Positions 40,901-54,629 of a DNA stretch of 64,000 nucleotides are shown here, piece after piece; the stretch's first letter is position 1, and each line of letters begins with the position of its first letter. Both the position numbers and the translations under genes were made by a program. Source of the DNA: Zootoca vivipara (Eukaryota); NCBI RefSeq assembly GCF_963506605.1, contig NC_083278.1, positions 53,258,001 through 53,322,000 on the forward strand. The letters are read 5' to 3'. The notes under the pieces are model-generated. The model was given only the letters and a program-made list of their open reading frames with translations. It was not told where the DNA came from and ran no database searches.

Positions 40901-41024
40901 AGTTGAGCATCCTGTTCTCACAGTGGCCATCCGGTTGCCCATGGGAAGCCTGCAAGCAGGACCTGAGCACAACAGCATTCTTCTCACTTGTGATAGCCAG
41001 CAACTGGTACTCAGAAACATACTA

Positions 41025-41386
41025 TGTCAGCGGGTGGCACTGTGGTCTAAACCACTGAGCCTCTGGGGCTTGTTGATCAGAAAGTCAACGGTTTGAATCT
41101 GTGCAACGGAGTGAGCTCCTGTTGCTCTGTTCCAGCTCCTGCCAACCTAGCAGTTCGAAAGCACACCAGTGCAAGTAAATAAATCGGTACCACTGCGGCG
41201 GGAAGGTAAACAGCATTTCCATGAGCTCTGGCTTCCGTTGCACCAGAAGCGGTTTAGTCATGCTGGCCACATGACCAAGAAAGCTGTCTGTGGACAAACA
41301 CTGGCTCCCTCAGCCCAGAAGCGAGATGAGTGCCACAACCCCATAGTCACCTTTGACTGGACTTAACCCTCCAGGGGTCCTTTACC
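41025..41386 (-). mobile_element. Full-length Sauria SINE (older subfamily)
   Basis: Reverse complement matches head, body and tail; similar to 13340. Confidence 0.9.
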
Positions 41387-41892
41387 TACTCAGAAGCATA
41401 ATACGTCCCACAGTTGTCATAGAATATAGCCATAGTGGCTATTAATAGTAATTTGATTGTGTTCTGTGAATTTGTCTGAGCCTCTTTTAAAGTCATCCAA
41501 GGCCATCACCACCTTGAATTAATGGTTTAATTGTGTACTTTCTTTTTAACTGTACTTTTTTTTTGTCTGTCCTACATTTTCCAGCATTCAGCTTCATTGG
41601 ATGTCCCCAGGTTCTATAACTCTGTGGGGGGGGGGGAGGGGAAGGAGAAGATTTCTCCCTATCCATTTTCTCTTCCATTACTCATCTTTTCTTACAAAGG
41701 CTGTATGCTTATGAATAATAGTTGCTGGAAATGGCAGAAGGGGAAAGTTCTGTTGCACTCAAGCCCTGCCTACAGGCTTCCCATTAAGCATGAGGCTGGC
41801 CACGGACAGAACAGGCTGTTGGAACAGGTGAGCCACTAGCCTGATCCAGCAGGCTTCTTCTCGGGTTCTTAAAAAGCCACAAATGTTGTAAC

Positions 41893-41982
41893 CATAGCTG
41901 CCAAGTTATCCCTTTTTTAAAGGGATTTCCCCTTATGCTGAATAGGCTTCCTCGTGAGAAAAGGGAAAACTTGGCAGCTATG
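41893..41982. mobile_element. MITE family A copy
   Basis: TIRs with 8 bp TSD gttgtaac. Confidence 0.9.
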
Positions 41983-43179
41983 GTTGTAACCATTTTTCAT
42001 AGGGGAATTGCCCCAACCCTTGATCCTTGTGGTTGCCTTTTCCTGAACTCTTTCCTGCTCTACAGTCTACTTTTTGGGGTGATGTGCCCAGAATTGCAAG
42101 TGTAGAATCACATTGTAGATTTGTGTGTTAACAACTTTGCGATACTGGCAGGTGTTGTTTTTTCCCCCAATCGTTTTCCTAATGTTTCTTAGCATGGAAT
42201 TTGCTAGTATGTATGCAATATCTCGTGCTGATTTTTTTTAAAAAAAGTGGGTAGGAACCTGCCACACAGGGGGCAAGGGTAGCCTTGCAGTTAGTTGTCT
42301 GTAAGTGGTGATATATTGAGTCTATTTCTTAGCAAATAGAGGAATTTCTTAGCAAATAAAGGAATAAAAGCTAAAGGGAAGTTGACAGGGTTAAATGACT
42401 TCATGGCATGAAGGATAATGTTCATAGGAAAATGTGGCTCTTGAGGTTTATCCACAGACAGTGCTGGGCTGTCTGCATATATAGAAGACATATTGGGCAG
42501 CTTGCCCTTACTTTAACTTCCTGTTTGAAAGTTCCTAGTGTTTTTATTCAGGGCTAAATTAAATTTCGTTATGAGTATTCTAGCCATCATTAACCAATGA
42601 TATTTCACTTCCTGGCACATACTGGCGAAATGTCTCCCTGTGTCTCTGTCTCCCTCTTTACCCATGGAAAACAAAGGTTTCAAAGGCAAGTCCTCTCCCT
42701 ACCAGTAATATCACCATCCAGATTTGTTGTGCAAAATATTGGAAGGCATTTTAGATGTGATATATTTTTACTGCTCCAGTTTGGATTTGGTGATGTGGCA
42801 TTCTCCACTTACTGGCTTGGAGGACTTGCTGACAAGGCACTTCCATCCAAACCACACTGCAATCAGTTGGCTTCTTTTGCCCCCCATGATTTCAGTGGGC
42901 TTTGGGTTAAACAGGATGTGCATTTAACCCCAGAGATTGCTAAAATGTGCAGCACTTTTCATATTTCCCATTGTAATAGCTGCTTACAAATACAAGATGG
43001 GGGAGGGGGGGCAAAGAAGGCCTGAGACATATTAAAGGCCAATAATTATGGTGTAAGCCGTAAGCTTTTGTGGACTGCAGTCTACCTGATTATGGACAAT
43101 AAAAGGTGTGTGGAGGGACTTATTCCAATGCATTTTCTGCACAATATTCATAATTTTATATATCTCTACCATTTCCCCA

Positions 43180-43410
43180 TACAGTGGTACCTTGGTTTAC
43201 AACCCTAATCCGTTCTGGGGGTCCATTTGTAAACCAAAACAGGTTATAACCCAAGGCACACTTTCGCCAATGGGGCCTCAAAAAAAATTGTTCGTAACCA
43301 AAAAAAGGGGGGTTGTAATAATAATAATAAAAGGTTGCAAACCGGTACACGCACTTCCGAGTTTGACGTGTTTGTAATCCAAAATGTATGCAAACCAAGG
43401 TACCACTGTA
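43180..43410. mobile_element. Tigger/mariner-type MITE
   Basis: TA-flanked TIR tacagtggtaccttggttt...aaaccaaggtaccactgta. Confidence 0.85.
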
Positions 43411-44114
43411 CCTACCTTTTACCTAAACTAAACTCCCCCCCACCTTTTTTCTACTGAACTCCAAAGGCAAACCAGCAGCTCCCTGCCTGCATGATGCCCC
43501 ACACACTTTATAATAGAAGCCTCAGGCTTGACATTGCCTAAAATAGAGGGCTCTCTGGGGTGAAAGAGGACATCTTATTTTTCTAGCTTGCATAAACAAA
43601 AACAAACCTGGAAGTGCTAAGTGCATTCCTCAGGCAGATTCTGGCACCTATTCACATCCCTTTTTGTATATTCCAAGAGAGAAATGGGTGTATTTCATAA
43701 AAAGTACCACAGTCTTTTAAAATATGTAACAAATGCTTTTGTATTAGCAGTATGTGTTGGCAGAGTTCTTGAAACTATTTTAAAGCATAAAGACTTTGGC
43801 ATTAAGGAATACAGTGTTGAGAATATTACAGTTTTGGCCTGGAAGGTTTTTTTGTGTGTCATTGGCTTCTCTCATCTTCTATCCACAAGCCAAGATTATT
43901 CAAGGAAGTATACTTGTTTACATTAATATATGTTTTTAATGATCTCTGGTAGTAGGTAAAAAGTGCTATGTTCCCACATAAATTCATTACGGATATTTCA
44001 CTAGTACATGTTAAAACAGGACACGGAAGCTGCCATTATTGCTCAGCACTGTGGGTCTGGGTTCAGCCCATTTCTTTCTAATTTATTGTCAGCTGTCCTC
44101 AAGGTATATAAATT

Positions 44115-44190
44115 ATGAAATGGACTCCCTCGAGAGGTTGTAGACTCTCCTTCCTTGGAGGTTTTCAAGCAGAGGTTGGATGGCCACCTT
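44115..44190 (+). mobile_element. CR1 LINE 3' fragment
   Basis: Encodes WNxLPREVVDSPSLEVFKQRLDGHL-like CR1 ORF2 end. Confidence 0.75.
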
Positions 44191-45679
44191 GATTCAAAAT
44201 GGTGCCAATTTATTTCCAAACATAGACCCACTCCTCAATTTCAGGAACCATCATGCCCAAATATATAGTAGTCTCATTCTGATTTGTTTGCTGGGAGGTT
44301 ATACTACAATGAGCATTCTTCCTGATTTGCTACTGTGGTATTTGTATGTCAATTCGGTTGTTCATCCCACACTTTTCAGTGCATATCCCCACCACTTTCC
44401 TAACTGCAAATAGGTCAGGTTTGGTGTTTTGTTGTTGTTGTTGTTGTTTTTTAAAAAGTGTGTTTGTTTTGCCAGCTCTACAGAGTGTTTTCATCCACTT
44501 TGATTGCGGAAACTTCTTTGTTCAGTATGCGCTTGAATTGCTTCCGCAATATATTGACAGCCTGGAGACAACCTTTGCCATGTTTATGCTTTCCTTTGAA
44601 GCTTCCCATATGATTATAGCTTCACCGTCAGCTTGCCATCTGAACAGAACAACCCATTTTTGGCAACTACTAATCATTGTCCCTCTCTGGACATGTCCCA
44701 GCTTGCATAGTTGAGTTCAGAGTTCGATTCATATGTGCTTTGGTTTCTGGATCTGTCTTGAATCGATGTCAATTTTTTTTCTTACCAAGCAAACTCTGCC
44801 ACCTACATACATCAAATTCTACACCACACGATGCACATGAGGCCAGGGCTGTGCAGAACTTGTCTGAGGCCCAAGGCGGGAGTCTTGTTAGAACAAAGTT
44901 ATGAACCCTCCCCATTGTGCTGAGCTAGCAGCGGGAGGCGACTGGAATCAGCAGAGCTGTCTCTTTGCCAAGTAATCCTGGCTAAGTTGACCTCTGGCTG
45001 GTTGTGGGATATCCATCGTCAGGAGCCGGCAGGAAACCAGAAAGTTGCATTCTAAGAGCAACACAGGAGCCACTGGATTCTGAGCCAGACCCACTGCTGT
45101 TGTGCGATGGCATCAGAGCCTAATCACTGTGCTCAGACTGGAGCTGTCTTTACATATCATCCTGCCTGCCCCTTCCATAGCAGCTACCAATAGAGGCAGG
45201 ACTTTGGATGTCACAGGGACCGCTGTGGAAAGCCCCAGTGACAGGGTGGAAGTTAGACTTACACCCTAAATCAAACTGAGAGTAGACCTATTGAAATCAG
45301 TGGACTTGTGTTAGTCATGTTCATTATTTTCCGCGGGCTTTCTCTCAGTATGACTTAGATGGTGACGATCCTTTTGCACATATTTTGCTACTACCAAAGT
45401 AGCAAAGTGGTCACGATAATTGATGCTGCTTTTGGTATTGCGGATGCCAACACATATATGCAACTAGCTCTGTAATCCAATAGTGTTATGATTGTTTCAC
45501 ACCATTCAGTCTTCTTCACACCATCAATTTGTGAAATAATTCATAACTGTGCTGCGTCACCCGGCAAGGTGTCCGCAGACAGTCTTAATGTCTGCCTTGG
45601 GAAATGTAGCTTACCCTTCGCAGAGCTATCATTCCCAGCACCCGTAATGAACTACAGCTCCCAGTTTGAGACAAGCATA

Positions 45680-45687
45680 GTGTGTGC

Positions 45688-45721
<34 letters not shown>
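45680..45721. repeat. (GT)n microsatellite
   Basis: Seen directly. Confidence 0.97.
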
Positions 45722-45723
<2 letters not shown>

Positions 45724-45850
45724 CCCTAGTTCCAAATAGGATCATCTTATTTTATCTTGCCCTTGGTGGCCCTACGAAACTTGAACGAAGATGTGATAAT
45801 TGGCAACAATTTCCATTGTACAAAAGAAAAATAAGTCTCGTGTATTTCCT

Positions 45851-45889
<39 letters not shown>

Positions 45890-48800
45890 CTGCAGTACTA
45901 TCTCTTAGACGCATACTGGAAAAGCCAAATGTCACTGCCAAGCTTCCCCTGCTCATGAACCAAGTTTCTTCTTTCTTTTCCTTCCTGCTATTTTGTATAT
46001 ATTTACTGTTTTACATACAAAATAGTATTAAAGTAAAAAGAGAAAAGAAATTTAGTTTCTGTCTGGGTATGCCACAGAGGACCATACACTGTGTCGAATT
46101 TTGTTGTTGCTGCTGGAGTCTGTCTGTTTCTTTCCGTGATTTCACGTGCTAATGTGAATCGCCTGGATGTCATTAGTCATTGAAGTAGGCAACAAGAATT
46201 AGAGCTGCCGGAAAACTAGAAAGAACAAGTTCTTTTTGTTGGCTGATGTTAAAGACTCCTTGGCTGAATTTCTTCTACTGAATTTTCCCACCTGTCATTT
46301 CTTTTTAAAAGACTTCTTGGTTTCAAAACTTTCTTAGACACTTTAGCATTACATGCCCCATTAATGGCAAATGAACAATTCAGACAGGACACAGCATGCG
46401 TTTTAACAGGTATGGTATTAATTCAGGGAGCCAAGAGCAATAAAGGGAATAAAATATACTTGTGAATCATATTTTCCCCCCATGAATTTTATAGGAGAAT
46501 ACAACATTTGGAGTCGAGTACTAAAAAAAGTGATAAAGAGTTCTATACATAAATCCATAGAGTGATAATTAAAGTATATATACCTTTAAGCTCCCCCCCC
46601 CGCCACCAATAACATTTCGATTCACAGACCATGTCTCATTGCAATCCATGAAACTAATGCTACAGAGATAAATGTTTTGTATTTTATCAGCAGGTTAGAT
46701 ACTCAACCTTTGTTCAAATAACACGAACAGTGGATTTAATATGCAGCACATGGGGTTGAAGATTTGTCAGGATTAAGGGATTTTCACTCAATCAGATTTT
46801 GAACACTATTAATGAATAGGTAAAAACAAAACAGAATCACGGGAAGCTAAATTTAAATCCATCAGTAAAAGCAACTTGCATTTTGGGTTGAAAAGCTCCT
46901 TCTGGGAAAAGAGAGTAAAGGTCCTTTCCCCTGAAATGTCAGTTAACGTTATTGGCACACAACAGTTTTCGTAAATGTTGTAATTGGGTACATTGGGATT
47001 TGAGTGTTTTGAACAGGAAGTGTAATGCAGGTAAAAGATACAGTATTACTTGCCATTTGCTTTGAGAAACGATCTGATCACAACTTGAATGCCTGTCAGG
47101 CTGGTCTGTAAAAATAAAGAAGTGCCTTAAAAAAATACCCATGGCCAGATGAGTTACATATCCCATGATCCACTGCAAAGTCACGGAGAACATTTCTCTT
47201 TTCAGATGCAGAATATTGTTTTACTTGAAAATTCCAAACGCCGTAATTGATACGAACAATGTTAAAGTACATTGCAAAGCAAAAGACATCACTATCAACT
47301 CATATAGACACAATTGCCTCTTATTCTTTAAAAAATAGTGGCACAAACATATGGGAAGCCTTGGAGGCTGGTTCATAAGGGAGAATACTCTCCTTAAGTT
47401 ACAATCAGCCTGGTGTGTGGCCCTGAATGTCAATTTCCGGGTGTGTGGGTGTGTGTAAAACTAGAATTACTGGGCTCTGCGTGCGATTGGCTTTGGCTCC
47501 CCCTAGAGTTGGTCTCCCTGTCTTCTGCCCTACCAGTCCCAATAGGCACTAGTCTCCACTGGTAGCATACATGGAGGAGTTGGGGAGGGCTGAATTAAGC
47601 TGCCCAGAGTTTATAGTGTCGATAATTATTCCCAACTATGCTTGATTTCCACAGTAACATGACGTGAAGGCCAGAAGCCCCTTCCTCCCAACATCAAGGC
47701 AGCTCAAACAGCATTCTCTTCTAAACTAAACAAGTTCTGTCCCAGGTATACACACAGACACAACCTCAGGCTCATGGAGGTCAGGTATGGTAGAGTGGCA
47801 CCAGCAGCCACAATCCTTAATTTTACATACACACGGTTACTTCTCTACACATATAATGGATGGGAAAGAAATTTTTAAAAAAATTGAATGAGAAACTACA
47901 GTATATAATTTGTACTTCTAATACAAGAACCAAAACACAGCTTTCCTTTGAAATCAGCATTCCTCTGCATTTTGTGACGCGCTTCTTCAACCAAACCTTG
48001 TGTACAAAAATGCATGGAAAGAAACGTGTGTGTAAAAATGCAGATGAAAATAATAGACACAAAATGCATCATATTAGGGAGAAATGCTTGCAAAGATCTT
48101 GTGTGCATTAGCCAAACATGCATACGAAAATGTGTTTATTAGGAGAACGTTACACTAACTCGCTGCCAAATTTTCATAGAGTTTTTTTTTAAAAAAACAA
48201 ACAAAAACAAATCGCTGAAGAAATATGGGGGAATGAATTTAAGATTGGAAAAATGAGGAACTGAGAATAACCAAAATGGACAGATTAATCCATCCCTAAC
48301 ACATGTACAGCGTCAGTACAAACTTGTTGGCATCCAGCAATCAGCCTCACTGCCAATGAGTTGCTGCCAGGGTTGGAGAAGCAGCTAGTTTTTTCTTCTA
48401 TCTGACTGCTTTAAAATATATTCTTTCTTGCTCTTCCAGTGTAGAAATGAAATGCCTAAAGCTGCAGCATACTTACGATGCACACAGGAAAATAGGTCAG
48501 CTTAGGGCCGGGACAACTCTGACTGCACCTTTATATGCTGTTTGTTTTTGGTAAGAGCAGAGCGTCATGCTCTGAATAAATGATCTCTCTCTCTCTCTCA
48601 CCACATCCCTGCTCCTTGTGCGAGAATAACCCTAGACCACAAGAGAGCTGGTGGGAATGCTAGTAAGCCAGGTGACGCCTTCATTTTACTGCAGTGGATT
48701 AAATATAATGTACATATACTGTACATGGGAGTGTTCAGCAGGACATGAAAAAGATTCAAATCTTTCCATGCAGACCAGTAGCCATGAACGTAGTTTTGTT

Positions 48801-51382
48801 ATTTCGTGCGTTCTTAGATCCTTGAATCATTCTTTCATTCATTGAAATATAGAGATAATAAAATAGTGGGCTAGGTACAGCGAGAATTTGTTTTATTTTA
48901 TTCTTATACCACCTTTCAAGAATAAAATTATTCCTGAAGCAGTTCACATGAAATACCACAAAAAATGCAGTAGATATTTTTTATAATGTCAATAAAACAA
49001 ATCCCACATTATTATAAGTAGCAACCCAGCATCAAAAAAATTCACGATGAGATTCTCAGCCACAGTTAGTTTCTGAAGTACGAATATGATTTTTCCTTAC
49101 AGCAGGCCTGGGGAACATTTGACCCTCCATCAGTCCCAAAAAGCATGGCCTCTCCCCGGGGATGATGGGAGTTGTCATTCAGTAACATCTGGATGGCCAA
49201 ATGTTCCCCACACCTGTCCTACAGGGTCTGAGGTTACATTCCTAGTCTGCTTTCTCTGTGTGTTCTTGAACAGATTTTCCACAGAAAGATCAAACTGGAT
49301 TAAATGGCAGGGGACACAAGTTAGCATCTTGATGCCAATGATGTGATGCAGATGCTGTGAAAAGCCTGAATGTGTGAGGAGCCCCAATCCCACAATAAAC
49401 ACTGTTCTGTATTCACCCTTACTCATGGGACCTGCACCAAAACATTGCTCTTCTTCAGGGTGCCAGCCAACCATGATCATTCCCAGGATATTCTCCAGAG
49501 TCGCATCCAAAAAATAACAAAAACAGCAGTTGACTTGCTGACCAATGAATATAGGATTTCAGGTAACCAAGAAGAAAACCCAGATTCTGCCAGGCTCTGG
49601 CAATGACTCACCATATGTTGCCAAAGCCCATCCTATCAATAACCCGTTACATTCTGCACTGCAGGGGGTGGAGGTCATAAGGTCCAAGCTATTTTTCCGC
49701 CTGAACCACAACAGAAAAGTCAACACCCCATGCCAAGGTTCATCAAACTGAAAGCTGGCCAAGTTATTTTGGAAATGAGGCAGAAAATTCCAGCAAACAT
49801 CTCTCTCCCCTGGAGCACAACTTTTCTGCCCTTTCCTAACAGTCCAAATCATCTCCCTGAGGACTCATCTCTACCTCACTCTGCTTATTGGCAGCAGAGC
49901 ATGGGCTTCGCATGCAGAGGTTCAATCCCTGGATTCTCCCTATGAGCCCAGAGAGACACACAGCAAGTCACATTAGACAGCATAAGACTAGTAGGATCAA
50001 TGGTCCCATAGCAGATAATGGTTCAGTATGCATATAATGGTCTTGTTATATGCATATACAGTATGGTTCTACCTCTGCCTGGTTGTGACTGTTCTTCTAA
50101 CCCTTAGACATGCCCAGGGAGACAGTGTTGCTGAAGCCCAAAGTTGGGAACTTTGAGAACAGCTATACACCACATGTGTATTACATAAAATGACCAAATG
50201 CATATTACAAAACCATGCAGGACAAGCCAGGGCTTGGGGAATTGTGTGTGGGCCCCCCAGATGTCATTCTACAAATTTGTATCCTCTCTGGCCACTGGCC
50301 ATGTTGGCTGGGGAAGATGAGGGTAGGAGTCCAACAACATCTGGAAGCCACAGGTTCTCCATCCATGGTGGGCCATTTTAGGCTCTAAGACGTCCAAAAA
50401 GGAAACAAATATATTCCACCCTTCAGACAAATATTTACCATTCATTGTTATGAATCTCAAACTCGCATATTTGTTGTTGCTCTTGTTATTCCCTGTTGTT
50501 GGGTTTTGTTTTGTTTTTGCTTGTGCTTTTAAGGGGGTTCATTGAGTCCTGTTGAAGGCTGCTGCATAGCTACTAAATTATAGGATGCTTTGAACTGACT
50601 GCCCTTTTATCTGTTATCTGATTAAATCTCCAAGTTTAACGAGAAGCAAGATTTATGAGCAGGTAATCCTTTCCCAAACAGCAAGCAGGTTTCCAAATGC
50701 ATTAAGAATTAGATCAACGTGCACTCATTACTACAGACTTCTCAATGCAACTGCACAAGAACCAACTGTTTTCAAGGCATATGGTAGCTTTATTGGGAGT
50801 TTACCTCTAAAAAAATGGGCTGGTGTTCTTCAAATACAGTAGACGTTAACATTTCTTGACACCCTCCTGCTTTTGCAGAAACATTGTATCCATGGCCTCC
50901 TAATCTTCCAGCCTCCTAATCTTCTCTATGTGATCAGTGACCCATTATATGCTGTCAAATCCCATCTTCTCAATAACCTGTTTAATCCATCATGTGTATG
51001 TTGCAAACCAGTCATTGAGATCATCTGAGGGTGCACATGAACCAGAAGCACAACTCATTTCAATTTCAGTGTGGTGGGCCCCACTATCTGCAGCTTTTCC
51101 CCATTAGAAACCAGGCAGGTACCATCCCTGCTGAATTTCAGTTGCCAGGTTAAAATGGCTTTCTTCATTTGGGGAGGTTGGGAAAACCTCCAGGACAGCA
51201 GAGGGAGAGATTCTTCTGTCTGGCAAACTGCAAACCTTGCACTGATGGAACAACTGTCATAGCACTACATTGAATTCTTCCCTGCAGCTGGTCTAGAACA
51301 AGGCTGCAGGATTAGACTGGGTGGTTTGACCATATTACTCTATCTCTTTGTTAGGGTTTACTCACTGTGCTTGTTTCAATCT

Positions 51383-51757
51383 TTAAAGGCCTGAATGCAT
51401 TGGGGTCAGACAATCTGAAAGATTGCTTTCTCCCATAGATTCTGTCTGAACCTTAAGATCCTCTCCAGAGGCCCTGCTCCAGGTATTCCCACCAAATAAA
51501 CAGAGGCAAGCAACCACCAGGGAGAGGGCCTTTTCAGTAGTGGCACCCAGGACATGTAATAGTCTTCCCAAATAGTTTCCTGGTGCCACCTTTGTTGTCT
51601 TTTGGGCACTAGATGAAAGCTGTTCTGTTTACCCAAGCTTTTTAAATAACTCCCTCCTTTAAAAAATAAAGTTTTATGTTTCGCTTTGTATTTTGATTGT
51701 GGGTGGCTGCTTACTGTAAGCCACCCAGCCAACTTTTTTTAAGGGGGCAGCATACAA
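51383..51757 (+). mobile_element. Degraded L2 3' fragment
   Basis: gagagggccttttcagtagtggcaccc (RAFSVVAP) and tgtaagccacccag tail. Confidence 0.7.
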
Positions 51758-52552
51758 ATGTCACCCAAAAAACCAAAGGATGTGGAAGGATGTGGGGCTG
51801 TGCATGCCAGCTTTGCCCAAAATGTTCTGCACAAGTCCCAGCACTGCATGCTCCATCAATATCATTATATTAAGCAGGAAAGTCTGACAGGGGCTTCTAA
51901 GTCCATTTAGCAGAACATGGTGAGAGCACCCTCATGACTGGGAACCCTGATAATGCTGGAGGGTCAGGTGTGGAGTGGATGGGAATACTGGTGGAGGAGG
52001 CAAAATTACCATGCCCTGTTCAAGCCCAACACCTGCAGAGGCCTTCCGTTTTCTATGGCCAGGGTTCACAAGAAAAGGCTAAACATGTTTAACTGAGTTA
52101 GCATTTTAGTTAGCTAAACGTTTTAGCACATATCTTTAATTATAGGGTACTGTGCTATGAAACAATGTAATTGTCTCCAGAAGTGTGTGGCAACTTTTAA
52201 GAATAATTAAGTGCTTAAGTCATAGAGAGTGAGAGTTATAATTTCAGAGGCATCAGCTTCAGATTGCAACCGTAGCGTGGCTTAAATAAGATTTAAGGAC
52301 AAACTCTTATAACTAAAATAACTTATTTTGGGAGATTTGCAAGCAAGTATATGTCCCCAGTTCTGGGTGGCATTACTTCCTTCCCACCCACCACACAAAT
52401 ACGCACACACTACGCAAGCGTGCAGAAAATGTCTTCCTGGGAAGAAACTTACAGAGGGGTCATGGTTTTGAGCTGTTGCAGCAAACACAGCACATGGCAT
52501 CTTATGGCATCTTGTGGCCTGAAGGCTACAATTTTCTCCTCTTTAATGAACC

Positions 52553-52726
52553 ACGGCGTTTCCACGTGTGCTGCTCTGGTTCGCCAGAAGCGGCTTTGTC
52601 ATGCTGGCCACATGACCTGGAAGCTGTACTCTGGCTCCCTCAGCCAATAATGCGAGATGAGCGCCGCAACCCCAGAGTCGGTCACGACTGGACCTAATGG
52701 TCAGGGGTCCCTTTATCTTTACCTTT
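52553..52726 (-). mobile_element. Sauria SINE 5' half
   Basis: Near-identical to 615-780. Confidence 0.9.
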
Positions 52727-53904
52727 AATGAACCACAAGTCTTCATTGTTCATCTTCTCTGCTGTTCTACCTCCAGTACACTTCCTTTGATGAAGCTTTT
52801 GTGATGCGGAATCCCCTTAGGAAAACCCCCCTGCTTTCCCTTTCCACCCAGAACAGAGAGAGTTCACCACCCTGGCACTCCAACCTGTTTTCAGATTCCC
52901 TTCTGAAGAGGGCCAATATTTAGAGGGCACTTTTGTTTCTTTCCTTGGCACACTGAAGGTGGGGTGAGGAAAGGGATGCTATTCTCTGAAAAAGTTCAAG
53001 TGGGTCTTCCCTTCCCCTGAAGGGAAGAAATGTAAAAAAGGAAAGCAAACTACAATTGAATTACTACCCAGTGGGTGGCAAAACAGGCACAAGCTCTCTG
53101 GTTTGGGATTCCTTCACACTTCCCTGCTACGAAAGTAGGACAAGCAGAGACAGGAAAGGCAACAAGTTATAGCTGGGCATTTATTCCAATTCTGATTCAT
53201 ACTCCAGTTTGACTTCTTAGGCTTGTATATTGCCTTAGGTCAATTCGTGTGTGTGTGTGTGTGTGTTTTCAGGAGTTGGCCCACTTATCTGTACATTGGG
53301 TGGTGATGGAAAATATGAGAGTCAGAAATACACAGATCTCCTATGCAGACAGATCTATGTGTTGAACTAAATTGGTCCTGGAGTCCATAGATCCGATTGG
53401 TCCAATTATTTACATGCTATATCCCCCCCCCCCCGAATATGAAGTGCTGGGACACAAATAGGGGAATGTGTAAATGACCCTTTGACATTGCCTTTGATTT
53501 TCCATAAACTCATCACTGTTCATCACAGCTGACCATTTTAGCTACTCATTCAATGCACTAGTATTACAGCATGGTGACCCTGACCAGCTTGAGGACATGC
53601 TGCTAATTCTTAGGACAGCTTTCTAAATGCGTCATTCACACTGGGGCTTGAAGGCGTTCTGTAGCTCAGAGACGGAAAAATATGCCCCCCCCCCCCGTTT
53701 TTATGTTTTGCAATTCTCCTTGAGAATGACAGGAACATCATCAGCCAAGGCAGGACTTGCTGTATTGCAATCAAAGCTTGTGGAGACAATGAGTCCAGTG
53801 CACTAGCAACTGCAGGCTGTGGGTGGCCCGATGACCTGTTAATGAGCTTCTTAAAAAGGCAATAGATTTCTGAAGAACCAGGCATGGTAGCCATCAAACC
53901 ATTG

Positions 53905-54206
53905 ACTGGTTCAATGCTATGGAACGCTCTTCCAGTAGAGATTCAGCAACCATCTTTGCTTTTAATTTTCAGGCATCTCTTGAAGATTTTTTTTTTGTGC
54001 GCTTGAAAGCCTGTGCAGTTGTTTACAACTTTTACTGAGAAACAATATTTGTTAGTCAACAATTACTGAGTGCAGTCGTTTGCAAATTTTATTGAGTAGT
54101 CAGTTATTTTAATGATGGTTCTGCATTGCTTTTAGAAGTTTTTATGTTGTGGTATGCCACCCCAGTGTTTAGTGAGAGGGTGGTATAGTAACGTGTTTAT
54201 AAATAA
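53905..54206 (+). mobile_element. Degraded L2 3' fragment
   Basis: ctatggaacgctcttcca (LWNALP) and an L2-type tail. Confidence 0.6.
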
Positions 54207-54629
54207 GTCCAAGTGCCTCTTATGTACTTTATTTCTTTTTCTTTCTTTTATCTAAAAATCCACAAAAATGTAACTGGATGGACTCACTGCTTTCCCCATG
54301 AGGAACTGAGAGAGATCAGACTTCAATTGGCAAATAAAGCAAATGATTTTAAGCAACTTGTCTCCAGTGTTCTCCATCACCATAAGGAAATTAAGCTCCT
54401 GAATCATCTCACCAGTCAGGGCAGTGGGGAGCATACAACATGACTATGTTCATTGGTGGCTCTTAATTGGAATAACTAGATCCTCAAATGTTGCTTATAA
54501 CAATGCCCTTCTAGAAAATGCCTGCTTTGTTGAAGATATTAAGAATTATATTTCTTTGTTCCTGCTCACAAGAAAGGTTGATATAATTATGACAGTTATT
54601 GCATGGTTGGGACTCAGAACATAGTTTAA

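Noticed and set aside
44518-44640. Proposed second exon of a VP30-like gene
   Set aside because: The contiguous read-through at 47050 fits VP30 equally well and the opposite strand fits an L-like motif, showing the match is not discriminating.
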